NCBI RefSeq assembly: GCF_963921235.1
Contig: NC_086118.1
Span: 12,960,001-13,024,000, forward strand
Length of the DNA: 64,000 nt
Source: Mobula hypostoma
Taxonomy: Eukaryota
Reading direction: 5' to 3'
This document shows, piece by piece, positions 50,008-62,089 of the stretch. The position numbers and the translations under genes were made by a program. The notes beneath the pieces are model-generated. The model made no database searches and was not told the origin of the DNA. It was given only the letters and a program-made list of their open reading frames with translations. Position 1 is the stretch's first letter. The number at the start of each line of letters is the position of its first letter.

Positions 50008-50865
50008 ATTGAATTGAATTGAATTAACTTTATTACTTACATCCTTCGTATATATGAGGAGTAAAAATCTTTACGTTATGTCTCTGTCTAAATGTGCAAT
50101 GTACAATTTATAGTAATTTTTAATAAATAGAGCAGTCAATGTAACATAGAATACACTCAGATCAGCATGAATTAATCAGTCCCAGATGAAACTCTCCCAG
50201 AGTCTGTTGGTCCTAGCTTTCATGCTGTGGTACCTTTTCCTGGATAGTAGCAGCTGGAACAGTTTGTGGTTGGGGTGACTTGGGTCCCCAATGATCCTTC
50301 AGGCCCTTTTCACACATTTGTCTTTGTAAGTGTCCTGAGTAGTGGGAAGTACACACCTACAGATGAGCTGGGCTGTCCACACTACTCACTGCAGAGTCCT
50401 ACAATTGAGAGAAGTACAGTTCCCACACCAAGCAATGATGCAGCCAGTCAGGATGCTCTCAATTGTGCCCTTTTAGAAAGTCTTAGGATTTGGGGGCCCA
50501 CACCAAACTTCTTCAACCGTCTGATGTGAAAGAGGTGCTGTTGTGCTTTTTTCACCACACATCCGGTATGTACAGACCACATGAGATCCTTGGTGATGTA
50601 TCTCTGAGCTTCTTGTCGAGCCTAGAGGGAATTACGGTGTTGAATGCTGAACTGTAGTCCAAGAACCGTATTCTCACATAAGCATCCTTCTTCTCCAGAT
50701 GTGTAAGGATGGTGTGTAGGGCTGTGGCTATTGCGTCATCTGTTGGTTAGTTGTGTCAGTAGTAGAATTGTAGGGGGTCCAGTGTGGGTGGTAGCAAGCT
50801 GCAGATATAGTCCTTGACCAACCTCTCAAATCATTTGCTTATTATTGAGGTGAGTGTGACAGGAT
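50008..50865 (-). mobile_element. Rex1/Babar LINE RT and 3' fragment
   Basis: Minus strand: LDPLQF-Y---...DDAI...[13 protein letters not shown].. and LRRFGVGPQILRTF--GTIESILTGCI-AW. (TTCAA)n tail. Confidence 0.85.
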
Positions 50866-51732
50866 GCATATATGTGTAGATGCTATACATATTTTTTAAT
50901 CATAATTGCCACAGAATTATATTTTTAAAGTTATACACAGGGAACATAAATGTAACTAAACTAGAGAAATTAATGTTTGGAAATAACTTCCAGACTAAGG
51001 TTAAAGAAATTAATGGATCTTGTGTTCTGAGTTGACAGAATAAGACTGTATCTGACGTTTCTTTTATAATAACAGTTTCTTTCTGACTGACCACAAAGCT
51101 GCTGAAATAGAATTCGCTGCAAATTATTAAGTGATATCCAATCTTGATTAACAACCTCTTTGGTTGATGTAATGCCCATGGAAAGCAATAAAAGAGAACT
51201 GCAAAAGCTCTTTAGAAGTCATTTACCAGAATGTGCAGATTATGTGGCAGAAGTATTGTTTTTGTTTTACATATCGACCATTCACTATCTAAAGAAAATG
51301 GATTATGCTCATAGTCATTGTATGGCCTCAGTTGTCCTGGAAAGTTACTGATAGGTCTTTTCTCCAGATCCATGGACCTAGCATTGAGAGTGACAATGCA
51401 GATGGTAGATGTCCACGTTGGGATGCTAAGACACTTGCAAGCTCTTAAACAATATCTTATTTTGCTTTCAGAGGCCTCGGCAGTATAAGAGATCATCCAG
51501 CTCAACAATGGCTCTCTGAGGAGCAACTGTCAACCTTTCTCCTAATCTGACATCGGTACCCTCCAGGTTTATCACCAATGCCTATCTAATTTCTCTTTGA
51601 AAGTAAGCACTACCCACCATTCACCAAGTTAAAATGTAGTAAGTTTTAGATCATTATGCTCTCTATGCCAGAAATGTTGATTGTATTCTTTCCATAGATG
51701 CTGCCTGGCCTGATGAGTTCCTCCAGTATTTT

Positions 51733-54178
51733 AGAATAGAATAGAATAAAATTGTACAGCACAGTACGGGCCCTTCAGCCCACAATGTTGTGCCGACCCT
51801 CAAAACCTGCCTTCCATATAATCCCCCAACTTAAATTCCTGCATATACCTGTCCAGTAGTCTCTTAAGCTTCACTAGTGTATCTGCCTCCACCACTGACT
51901 CAGGCAGTGCATTCCATGCACAAACCACTCTCTGAGTAAAAAACCTTCCTCTAATATCCCCCTTGAACTTCCCACCCCTTACCTTAAAGCCATGTCCTCT
52001 TGTATTGAGCAGTGGTGCCCTGGGGAAGAGGCACTGGCTATCCACTCTATCTATTCCTTTTATTATCTTGTACACCTCTATCATGTCTCCTCTCATCCTC
52101 CTTCTCTCCAAAGAGTAAAGCCCTAGCTCCATTAATCTCTGAATCATAATGCATACTTTCTAAACCAGGCAGCATCCTGGTAAATCTCCTCTGTACCCTT
52201 TCCAATGCTTCCACATCCTTCCTATAGTGAGGTGACCAGAACTGGACACAGTACTCCAAGTGTGGCCTAACCAGAGTTTTATAGAGCTGCATCATTACAT
52301 CACGACTCTTAAACTCTATCCCTCGACTTATGAAAGCCAACACCCCATAAGCTTTCTTAACTACCCTATCCACCTGTGAGGCAACTTTCAGGGATCTGTG
52401 GACATGTACCCCCAGATCCCTCTGCTCCTCCATACTACCAAGTATGCTGTCATTTACTTTGTACTCTGCCTTGGAGTTTGTCCTTCCAAAGAGTACACAC
52501 ATCACACTTCTCCGGGATGAACTCCATCTGCCACTTCTCAGCCCATTCTGCATCCTATCAATGTCTCTCTGCAATCTTCGACAATCCTCTACCCTATCTA
52601 CAACACCACGAACCTTTGTGTCATCTGCAAACTTGCCAACCCACCCGTCAACCCCGACATCCAGGTCGTTAATAAAAATCACGAAAAGTAGAGGTCTCAG
52701 AACAGATCCTTGTGGGACACCACTAGTAACAATCCTCCAATCTGAATGTCCTCCCTCCACCACAATCCTCTGCCTTCTGCAGGCAAGCCAATTCTGAATT
52801 CACCTGGCCAAACTTCCCCGGATCCCATGCCTTCTGACTTTCTGAACAAGCCTACTGTGTGGAACCTTGTCAAATGCCTTACTAAAATCTATACAGATCA
52901 CATCCACTGCACTACCCTCATCTATATGTCTGGTCACCTCCTCAAAGAACTCTATCAGGCTTGTTAGACACAAACTGCCCTTCACAAAGCCATGCTGACT
53001 GTCTCTGATCAGACCATGATTCTCTAAATGCCCATAAATCCTATCTCTAAGAATCTTTTCCAACAACTTTCCCACCACAGACGTAAGGCTCACTGGCCTA
53101 TAATTACCCGAACTATCCCTACTACCTTTTTTGAACAAGCGGACAACATTCGCCTCCTTCCAATCCTCCGGTACCATTCCCGTGGACAACGAGGACATAA
53201 AGGTCCTAGCCAGAGGCTCAGCAATCTCTTCCCTCGCCTCGTGGAACTGCCTGGGGAATATTCCGTCAGGCCCCGGGGACTTATCCGTCCTAATGTATTT
53301 CAATAACTCCAACACCTCCTCTCCCTTAATATCAACATGCTCCAGAACATCAACCTCACTCATATTGTCCTCACCATCATCAAGTTCCCTTTCATTGGTG
53401 AATACCGAAGAGAGGTATTCATTGAGGACCTCGCTCACTTCCACAGCCTCCAGGCACATCTTCCCACCTTTATTTCTAATCGGTCCTACCTTCACTCCTG
53501 TCGTCCTTTTGTTCTTCACATAATTGAAGAATGCCTTGGGGTTTTCCTCTATCCTACTCACCAAGGCCTTCTCATGCCCCCTTCTTGCTCTTCTCAGCCC
53601 CTTCGTAAGCTCCTTTCTTGCTTCCCTATATTTCTCAATAGACCCATCTGATCCTTGCTTCCTAAACCTCATGTATGCTGCCTTCTTCCTCCTGACTAGA
53701 TTTTCCACCTCACTTGTCACCCATGGTTCCTTCACCCTACCATTCTTTATCTTCCTCACCGGGACAAATTTATCCCTAACATCCTGCAAGAGATCTCTAA
53801 ACATCGACCACATGTCCATAGTACATTTCCCTGCAAAAACATCATCCCAATTCACACTCACAAGTTCTAGCCTTATAGCCTCATAATTTGCCCTTCCCCA
53901 ATTAAAAATTTTCCTGTCCTCTCTGATTCTATCCTTTTCCATGATAATGCTAAAGGCCAGGGAGCGGTGGTCACTGTCCCCCAGATGCTCACCCACTGAG
54001 AGATCTGTGACCTGACCCGATTCATTACTTAGTACCAGATCTAGTATGGCATTCCCCCTGATCGGCCTGTCCACATACTGTGACAGGAATCCGTCCTGGA
54101 CACACTTAACAAACTCTGCCCCATCTAAACCATTGGAACTAATCAGGTGCCAATCAATAATAGGGAAGTTAGTCACCC
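51733..54178 (-). mobile_element. Young 5'-truncated CR1 LINE, nested in a Penelope-type repeat
   Basis: Near-continuous ORF2 (endonuclease end, RT, C-terminus) over 52800-54176, 52047-52763 and 51800-52147. (TTCTA)n tail. The host repeat ...GTTCCTCCAGTATTTT resumes as CATTTTGTATGTGTT. Confidence 0.95.
52800..54176 (-). pseudogene. CR1 ORF2 fragment (458 aa open)
   Basis: [62 protein letters not shown]. Ends at a W-to-stop and continues in frame. Confidence 0.93.
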
Positions 54179-54191
54179 ATTTTGTATGTGT

Positions 54192-54260
54192 TTCCGAGTG
54201 ATATGCTCTGTTTCCGAGTGATATGCTCTGTTTCTGAGTGATATGCTATGTTTCCAAGTC
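54192..54260. repeat. Short 20-bp tandem repeat (~3 copies)
   Basis: TTTCCGAGTGATATGCTCTG x3, followed by degenerate GAGCTG..CAGATTTTCC repeats to ~54520. Confidence 0.8.
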
Positions 54261-55527
54261 TAATGCAACGTTTCTGAGCTGTCTGATCTGATCTGTCCCA
54301 GATTTTCCGGACCTGCGCTCAAGAGGTCTGCCTTGTGTTTTTTCAGACCTGCCTTGGGACCATTAGAGCTGTTTCGGATTTTCCAACCATGCTCCTAGAA
54401 ATCTGCCTCACATTTTTTCAGACCTGCCTCTGGAGCAATAGAGCTGTTCCAGATTTTCCAGCACTGCTTAGAGCTCCAGGTCTCTCTTGTGTTTTTCTGA
54501 CCTGTGTCAAGAGGTGCCTGGGCCATCAGATGCCAGCTTTGGGCTGGGTGGTGGAGGAGGTACAGTCATGAGCCCTGTGGCTTGCCGTAGAACATTGAGC
54601 TTCTAGGGTTCTTGAGAACCTGTATTTACTAATCCATATCTTAACTAGAATTTTTAAGTCCTTGTATTTTTGGTTTAATCTTGTCAAGTTAATTGTGACT
54701 GGCATATGTTTCCCACATTCTAAAATTATTTAAAGAGGTGTCTGATTCAGTGACAGAGGGATGTCACTGTGTAGAAGAGAATGAATTGTCTTATGATATC
54801 ACTCAATCACTCCCCTGAGACTCAGTTGGTATTCTGATGTCTAACATCTTGTTTCCATCTCTTCCTGGGGGTACCAGGATTCCTCTGCTCCTGGTTCGAC
54901 CCATGAACTTGCCGCCCACAACTCCTGGGCTGAGTAAGTGCCAACGACCTCAGTAACAGAGAAAGCCTGCCATTCCTCCGCACCTGGGTCCAGTCCTTCG
55001 TGAGCGCACCGCGACGCCGTCTGAACAAAATGGGTCTAGATCCTCACACCCTCTTTTCGCTCTTGCCCTAAACTTGAAAGCTGAGCTCCCTAGTTCTTCT
55101 CCTGTCATCTGATGGGATTGCTTCCTTTCCAACCTCACTCTAACTTGTTTTAAGCTTGAATAATTCTATTAAGACGTCTCTATCACTCTTTAGTTTGAGC
55201 AGGGTGACCCTTCTTTCTCCACTCTAACATTGCAACGGAAATTCTTTTCCTCTGGTCTCAATGCCACATTCATATTTTCTGATCCCATCACTGCTGTGGT
55301 CTGGATTAAAGCTGGTGACAAATCAGCAAACAGGCGGGAGACTGAAAATCTGGCTGAGTGATGCCACCATAGATTTTCACAAATGAAATGAAGTGAGTCG
55401 TTTCATGTTTCAGGAAAAGAAGTGACACATTTTATTGAACACCAAAGCCCGAACACAAAATTGTACTATAAACCCTTTACAAATTATATTATCACATCAG
55501 CCCGCCTCTTAAAGTGAACCCCAACTC

Positions 55528-55820
55528 GGATAAAGGGGAAGCCTTTTAGGACCGAGAATAGGAAAAACTTCTTCACACAGAGAGTGGTGAATCTGTGGAA
55601 TTCTCTGCCACAGGAAACAGTTGAGGCCAGTTCATTGGCTATATTTAAGAGGGAGTTAGATATGGCCCTTGTGGCTACGGGGATCAGGGGGTATGGAGGG
55701 AAGGCTGGGGCGGGGTTCTGAGTTGGATGATCAGCCATGATCATAATAAATGGCGGTGCAGGCTCGAAGGGCCGAATGGCCTACTCCTGCACCTATTTTC
55801 TATGTTTCTATGTTTCTATG
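55528..55820 (+). mobile_element. Young CR1 3' end inserted in the Gypsy 3' LTR
   Basis: RKNFFTQRVVNLWNSLPQ, CpG-retaining 3' UTR, (TTTCTATG)n tail. Splits the LTR. Confidence 0.9.
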
Positions 55821-58800
55821 TATATATCTACCAATTACATTACCCTACACATCACCCCCCACCCCCTCAGAATTTGCTAGAACCGGCATTGTGAGCCTGT
55901 CCAGAGCTCGGATGAGCTGTGCTAGTCAGGACCTGTGTTCCATCGGTCTGGCTCGTCCAGGGGCGGTCTTGACGTACACATGGTCATGGTGTAGCAGCAG
56001 GGGACATGGCAGCAGAATACTCCAAAACTTGGTGGGCTGGTTTAAGGCGATCTTCCGAAACGCATTCAGGCTTACCCCTCTTATCTATGACAAAAGTATT
56101 TTCTCTCTGTTCCAAAATACAGAGCGGTGTGCTTCATGGCCAAGAAAAACAAACGAGGCAGAATGGAGGTCAACAGGAACCCAGGAGTGCTGTACACCAT
56201 GATGAGAGGTAAGAATAAGTGCAAACAAATTGAATTTACTGAGGAGGGTGGAGCACTGTTGAGAGGTCGACCAGGTGGTTGTAGTGTCAGGAATTAAATC
56301 TCCTGGCACTCGTAATGGCTGGCCGTATACCAATTCAGCTGTTGATGACTGCAGGTCCTCTTTTGGACCTGTCCCGAGCTCCAGCATGACCTGCAGGAGA
56401 CGATCATGCCAACACTCAGGGAAGCCCCCAGAGCAGCCTTTAAGGAGCAATGAAACCTCTTACATAGGCAATTGGACTGTGGGTGATACACTGTGGAGTG
56501 ATGTAGCCTAACGCCAAGGTTTGGGACCATCAAAGCCCAGAGGATAATTAGTTGGGGACCCTGGTCAGAGGAAATCTCAGGTGGGATGCCAAAAGGAGCA
56601 ACCTAGGTGCTGATCAACACCTGAGTCACATTTGTAGCCATCCTCGGTGTTAGAGGGATGACCTCTGGCCACCTGGTGGTACGGTCCACCATAGTAAGGA
56701 GGTATGTGAAAGCATGAGAGAAGGGAAGAGGACCAACAACATCCAAGTTGATTGATATGGTCAAACCATCACTCAGGGAGCTCAGAAAGTGCCAATGGTG
56801 TCGAATATGATGGTTACTTTTTGCCCACTTGCACTCCACACAGGCGGCACTCCAATCACGCATGGCCTTTCTAAGGCTATGCCACGAAAACTTCAGTGCA
56901 GCCAGTTTCTGTGAGGCTCTTGATCCAGATGTGAGACCCCATGTTTGGAGTCGAAAGCAGTCTGTCTCCGTGACTATGGGGTGAGGGCGACTGGTTGAGA
57001 CATTGCATAGGAGAGCAACCCCAGCTTCCCCAAACTTCCCCGAAGCCTAGACCTGTGGATCAATAAGTTGTTCGACTGCCATGCCAACATTCTCATCCCC
57101 TGTGTGTACGTCCTCACTGACTATCTGCGAGAGGCAATCAGCCACCGCATTATTTTTTCCTTGATATGTTGTACCTCAATTGTGAACTCGGATATGTAGA
57201 CCAGGTGGCATTGCTGCTGTACAGACCAGGCATCTGATATTTTGGTCATCGCATGCATGAGGGGGCTATGGTTAACCCTCTAGAAGAAAACAAAACTGAC
57301 GGACAGCCAGATAGAGACCGAGAAGCTCACGGTCAAACATGCTGTACTTCCTTTTGGGGGACAGAGCTGCCGGCGAGCGACTGCCACACGCCTCTGATCA
57401 ACTGTTCATGCACAGCACCCACAGCATAGTCTGAAACATCAGTAGTTATGACTATAGGCGTGTTGGGGAATGGGTGCACTGGGAGGGTTGCATTAGAAAG
57501 AGCCGGTTCAGTATCATCAAATGCCTGATCGTGTCCACTGACCAGTCAAGTGCTTGATTAGGGATGTGGTCTTTAAGTGCACTATGCTGCATAAGTCCAG
57601 CAGCTTGCGGAATGAAGTGTATTATGTATAGAAATTCACTATACCTAAAAACGCCTATAGCTTTTTAGTACTGCAGTGTAATGGAAATCCATAATTGTGG
57701 CTACTTTTGATGCGAGGGGTTTTGTTTTTGTACCTGAGGAAGTTAATGGTTGACAACCCAAACTGGCATTTAGCAGGGTTAATAATCAACCGTGTTGGCT
57801 TACGCACTCAAACTGTGCGGAGATGAGACACATGCTTTGATTTGGATGCACTGGTGACAAATATGTCATCCACATAAACGAAAAGAAAATCTAAGTCTTT
57901 TAATAGAGAGTCCATCAGCTGTTGGAAATCCTGTGCTGTATTTTTCAGCCCAAACAGCATACGCAGAAACTCAAAGAGGCCAAATGGGTCATCACTGTCA
58001 TTTTAGGAATGTCCTCTGAGCACACAGGCACCTGGTGGTAGCTCCTAACCAGATTGACTTTGGAAAAAGCTAACTTTGCAGTTAATTTTCTTGGATGTGT
58101 GGGATCAGGTAACGATTGAGAATGATAGCCTCGTTATGGTGTCAGAAATCGCCACATGGGCACCAACCGCCATCGGAATTAGGGACCATATGGAGGAGTG
58201 AAGCCCGGGGGTTACTCAACCAGTGTATAGTACAATGCCAAGACTTCCCATGCTGGCAAGCTCAAACTTCATGGTTGTCAGCTTTTCTGGGTCCAGTTTA
58301 CGCACGCGGGCATGGACAGGTCAGCCAGGTGTGTGAATGTGGTGCTCGACCCCATGTTTTGTGACTGTAGTGGAGAAAGTGGGATTGGTGGGGTTTAGGA
58401 ATTTACCTAGCAATCAGGTAAACTCACATATTGTGGTGCATGCATTTGACAGCGTCATTGTAGGGAACTTACTGGGGAAGCAGGGTAACGACCCAAGGCC
58501 CTTGACATCCAAAAGCCAGCAGTTCTTAACGTCGACTAACATTCCTTGGGCACACAGTAATTCTGCACCGAGCAGAGGTCTAGCCACTTTAGCCAGGACC
58601 AAGTCTGAAGTGTAACATCGCCCTCTGAAGCAGAGTGTCACTCATCGTGTCCCGTAGGTCTGGATCCTGCTGCCGTTGACAGCCTCCAGTGAGATTTTGT
58701 CACTCTTTGCCTTCTCATCAATAAACGATGCTGGTAGCCCACTCACTTGAGCACCGTGTCACACAGGAAGTGTCGCCCTGAAAGTGTATCTGAAATGAAC

Positions 58801-59126
58801 AGTAGATGACCCTGGTAGCTGGAACCCATGATGTTCACAGACCTCTGATGTCCTGATGCGCTGGCACTATTGAAGCTGCAAGGTAGTTGGCACTTCCTAG
58901 CATTTGTACCAAAGCGAGCGTGGTAAAAACACAAGCCTGGCAGCATCTGTTTTGCAGCATCGGGCGTCCTTGTGTTGGGGACCTTGCTGATAGAGCTTAA
59001 TGAGGTAGAGAACGGAGGAGGAATGATGCACCACTGCCTAGCTGTGTGTGAACTATCAGCCATCTTAGCAAGCTCCCTATAGTCCATCATAGGTGCATTA
59101 GCGAGGACCATGCGAACGGGATCAGG

Positions 59127-59690
59127 CTGCTCTTCTCATCAACACGGTAATATTGCTAATGTAAGCACCCCTAGTCTAAATGTTTACTGTTTTTGTCTTT
59201 TTTTTTGTTTGGAAAATAGAGAATTAATACAAGTAAAGGAAAAGATTTGGGTAAGGGATAAAAAAATGATAAAATTAAGTAAATAAGTACATAGGGATCG
59301 GATAATTATGTTTGGGGGCAGGAGCAAGCATGAACAAGTTAGGATATAAACACCTATAATGGTTGTTACATAGGCTTACACACAACATTTTGGACCAGAA
59401 GAAGTGATCCAGAGGAGATGTATGGAAACTATTACTAATCCATTATTATTACTACTTTCCTTAACAATTAACACCATTACTTAGCCTAATAGATTAGAAT
59501 TTCTACTGTACATAATTATCTAATTAAGTGTCTAATTTCTTTTTATATCATCTCAATGTGCACTTAAGAATGTATAAATAATTATAGTTTTATACATATA
59601 AAAAAATGGAAACGGTTATACATGTGAAAAAAAGTACATGATACTCGTGAATTCCTTATCCAAATAAAAATAAAATTTAAAAAAAAAAGA
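59127..59690 (+). mobile_element. AT-rich L1-type 3' end with poly(A), inserted in Gypsy gag
   Basis: Ends AATAAAAATAAAATTTAAAAAAAAAAGA. Gag coding resumes on both sides. Confidence 0.6.
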
Positions 59691-60341
59691 AAAGTTCTTT
59701 GAAAATAAAGCAAAGATGGTGATTTCCCAGGAGAGACAGCATGTGGTCCATTAGCTCCAACAGCTTAGCATCGCCAAGGCTGGGCAAGGAGAGCAACTAT
59801 TTGCCACGCTCAGATTCCGCTAGTCCAAAAGTGTGTAAAAGCTAAGTCTTTTGTGATCAGTATTTATCATGTTCAGGCAGATGTTCTTGCAGACACACTA
59901 CTCTCACAGACATAGAATTACTGAGTGACACTACTGCATAAAGAAAACCGGTGCTGTTGGCAATGAATTCAAGTGCAAACTGGGCCTCAGTTTGTGCAAA
60001 CCAAACAATGGCATTTTGCTCCCAAAACTCCAGTAGTTTCAATGCGAGTGCATCAGCCAAGATATTCAATAACTCTGGAACCATCCTTAAGCATCAGAGT
60101 CACCAATATAGGGTTTAGCAAATAAAACAAAGTGTGGCATTCTATGTTTCAGAAAAAAAAACAACACATTTTATTGAACTCCAAATCCTACACACAAAGG
60201 AGTGTGAAAAATCCTTTACGCAATTACGTCATCCCCTCAGACCGGCCTCGTAAAGTGAACCCCAACTCAACGTTGGTGATTGCGAAATATGTACGTTTCC
60301 ACTAATTATGTTGCCCTACACCACAACAACTACCTCTTGCT

Positions 60342-60920
60342 GAATAACACATACAAAATGCTGGAGGAACTCAGCGGGCCAAGCAGCATCTATTGAAAAA
60401 AGTACAGTCGACATTTCAGGCTGCAACCCTTTGGCAGGACTGGAGAAAAAAAGCTGAGAAGTAGATTTAAAAGGTTGTGGTGGGGGAGAGGAAACCACCA
60501 GGTGATGGGTGAAACCTGGAGGGGGAGGGATGAAGTAAAGAGCTGGGAAGTTGATTGGTAAGATGAGGTGAGAGAGGGATAAGGGGATGGGAAATGGAGA
60601 AGATGGGGTGGAGGTTGGGGGGCATTACCGTAAGTTTGAGAAATTGTTGTTCACGCCATCAGGTTGGAGGCTTCCCAAACAGAATATAGGCTGTTGTTCC
60701 TCCAGCCTAAGTGTGGCCTCATCACGACAGTGGAGGAGTCCATGGATGAACATATCAGAATGGGAATGGGAAGTGGAATTAAGATGGGTGGCCACTGGAA
60801 GATCACTTTTGTTCCGGTAGATGGAGCATAGATGCTTGGCAAAGCGGTTTCTCAATCTACGTCAGCTCTCGCCGATGTACAGGAGGCCACACCAGAAACA
60901 ACGAACACTCTAAATGACCC
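60342..60920 (-). mobile_element. Penelope-like element: GIY-YIG endonuclease end plus pLTR
   Basis: GVI*SVRCFWCGLLYIGES*RRLRNRFAKHL...PVATHLN...RLEEQQPIFCLGSLQPDGVN. Decayed hammerhead CAGTCCTGCCAAGGGTTGCAGCCTGAAATGTCGACTG. Confidence 0.9.
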
Positions 60921-60984
60921 ATCTTGTCCTACCCTACTAATTGTAAAAATGCCTCCCTTTTGCAAAGATTCAGCATAACATCTA

Positions 60985-61360
60985 AAACTTTATAGATATG
61001 TTGTGTAGTATATTGACTGGCTGTATCACAGCTTGCTATGGAAACACCAATTCCCTTGAACAGAAATCCAACAAAAAGTAGTGGATATGGCCCAGTTTGT
61101 TATGGGTAAAGCCCTACCCACCATTGAGCACATCTGCATGGAGCGTTGTCACAGGAAAGCAGCATTTATCATCCACTACCCATGGCATGCTCTCTTCTTG
61201 CTGCTGCCGTCAGGAAGGAGGTACAGGAGTGTCAGGACTCACACCATCAGGTTCACTTGCCCTGTCACTGAAATGTTCCCACAACCTATGAACTTAGTTT
61301 CAAGGACTCTTTTGTCTCATGTTCTCGATATTTATTGCTTATTTATTTATTAATATTTAT
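60985..61360 (+). mobile_element. Rex1/Babar 3' fragment
   Basis: SILTGCITACYGN...HALFLLLPSGRRYRSVRTHT. Confidence 0.8.
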
Positions 61361-61519
61361 TTTTTTCTCAGCTCAAGCTGGTTAAACATGAGGTACAGGC
61401 ATAGCCAGGCACACTCATTTTTCAATTGCTAGCAACATTCGGACTATTCTCGTTGTGTTTGGTATTATGACTTTCAGAAAATTTACATTAATGTTGTTGT
61501 GTAGGCTTAATTGTTTAAT

Positions 61520-61770
61520 AAATGACCTGGTTAAATTTTTTACTGCTATACTGTAGGCATTTCTTTTTAGTAGTTCGATAAGAGCAATCTGTTCTGCTTT
61601 CACTCTGTTTGGGTTTGAGTTAAGATAAGGGACGTTGTTGTTCTACTTTGGAATGTAGCCAATCAGGATGAAAGTTCTAGAGAACGCAGGGCGGAGAGGT
61701 CTTTGTGATGGACACTGGTGTGGGTCAAGGTCTTTTGATGGGAGCTGGGAGAAGACAGGAGGGAAGATGA
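61520..61770. mobile_element. Partial copy of the 2691-3480 LTR family
   Basis: Shared TTTTTACTGCTAT..., AGCCAATCAGGATG and GGGAGAAGACAGGAGGGAAGATG. Confidence 0.8.
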
Positions 61771-62089
61771 CAGAGGGAAGGGGAAGGAGAATAGTTAGAA
61801 GGTGATAGGTGAAGTCAGGTGCGTAAGACCATAAGGCCATAAGGCATAAGAGCAGAATTTGGCCATTTGGCACATTGTGTCTGTTCCACCATTTCATGGC
61901 TGATCTAATTTTCCTCAGCCCCAATCTCCTGCCTTCTACCCGTATCCCTTCATGTCCTTCCCAATCAAGAATCCATCAATCTCTGCCTTAAGTATTTCAC
62001 AGAATCACCACTTACCGGTGAAAGAAAGGTAGGAAAGGTAAAGAGCTGGAGAAAGATAGGAAAGGTAAAGAGCTAGAGAAGAAAGAATA

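Larger units (their letters stand above)
55368..60320 (-). mobile_element. Full-length decayed Gypsy LTR retrotransposon, CsRn1-type
   Basis: LTRs ~60106-60320 and 55368-55849 (TGTAGGG start). CCAC TSD. PBS TGGTGACTCTGA (tRNA-Trp-like). PPT GAGGGGGTGGGGGG. Gag LKLLEFW...WFAQTEAQF and CFYHARFGTNARKCQLPC; protease FLCDT; RT, RNase H and integrase (LDVVGPLP...LLTMVDRTTRWPE) remnants. Confidence 0.92.

Noticed and set aside
51160..51351. Protein-like short ORF (MESNKRELQKLFRSHLPECADYVAEV)
   Set aside because: No recognisable homology and weak splice signals. Most other short ORFs in the track are likewise repeat-derived or random.
52800..54176. Longest ORF (458 aa) as a host or domesticated gene
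   Set aside because: Ordinary 5'-truncated CR1 ORF2 with a nonsense codon and downstream frameshifts. The overlapping + strand ORFs are antisense shadows.
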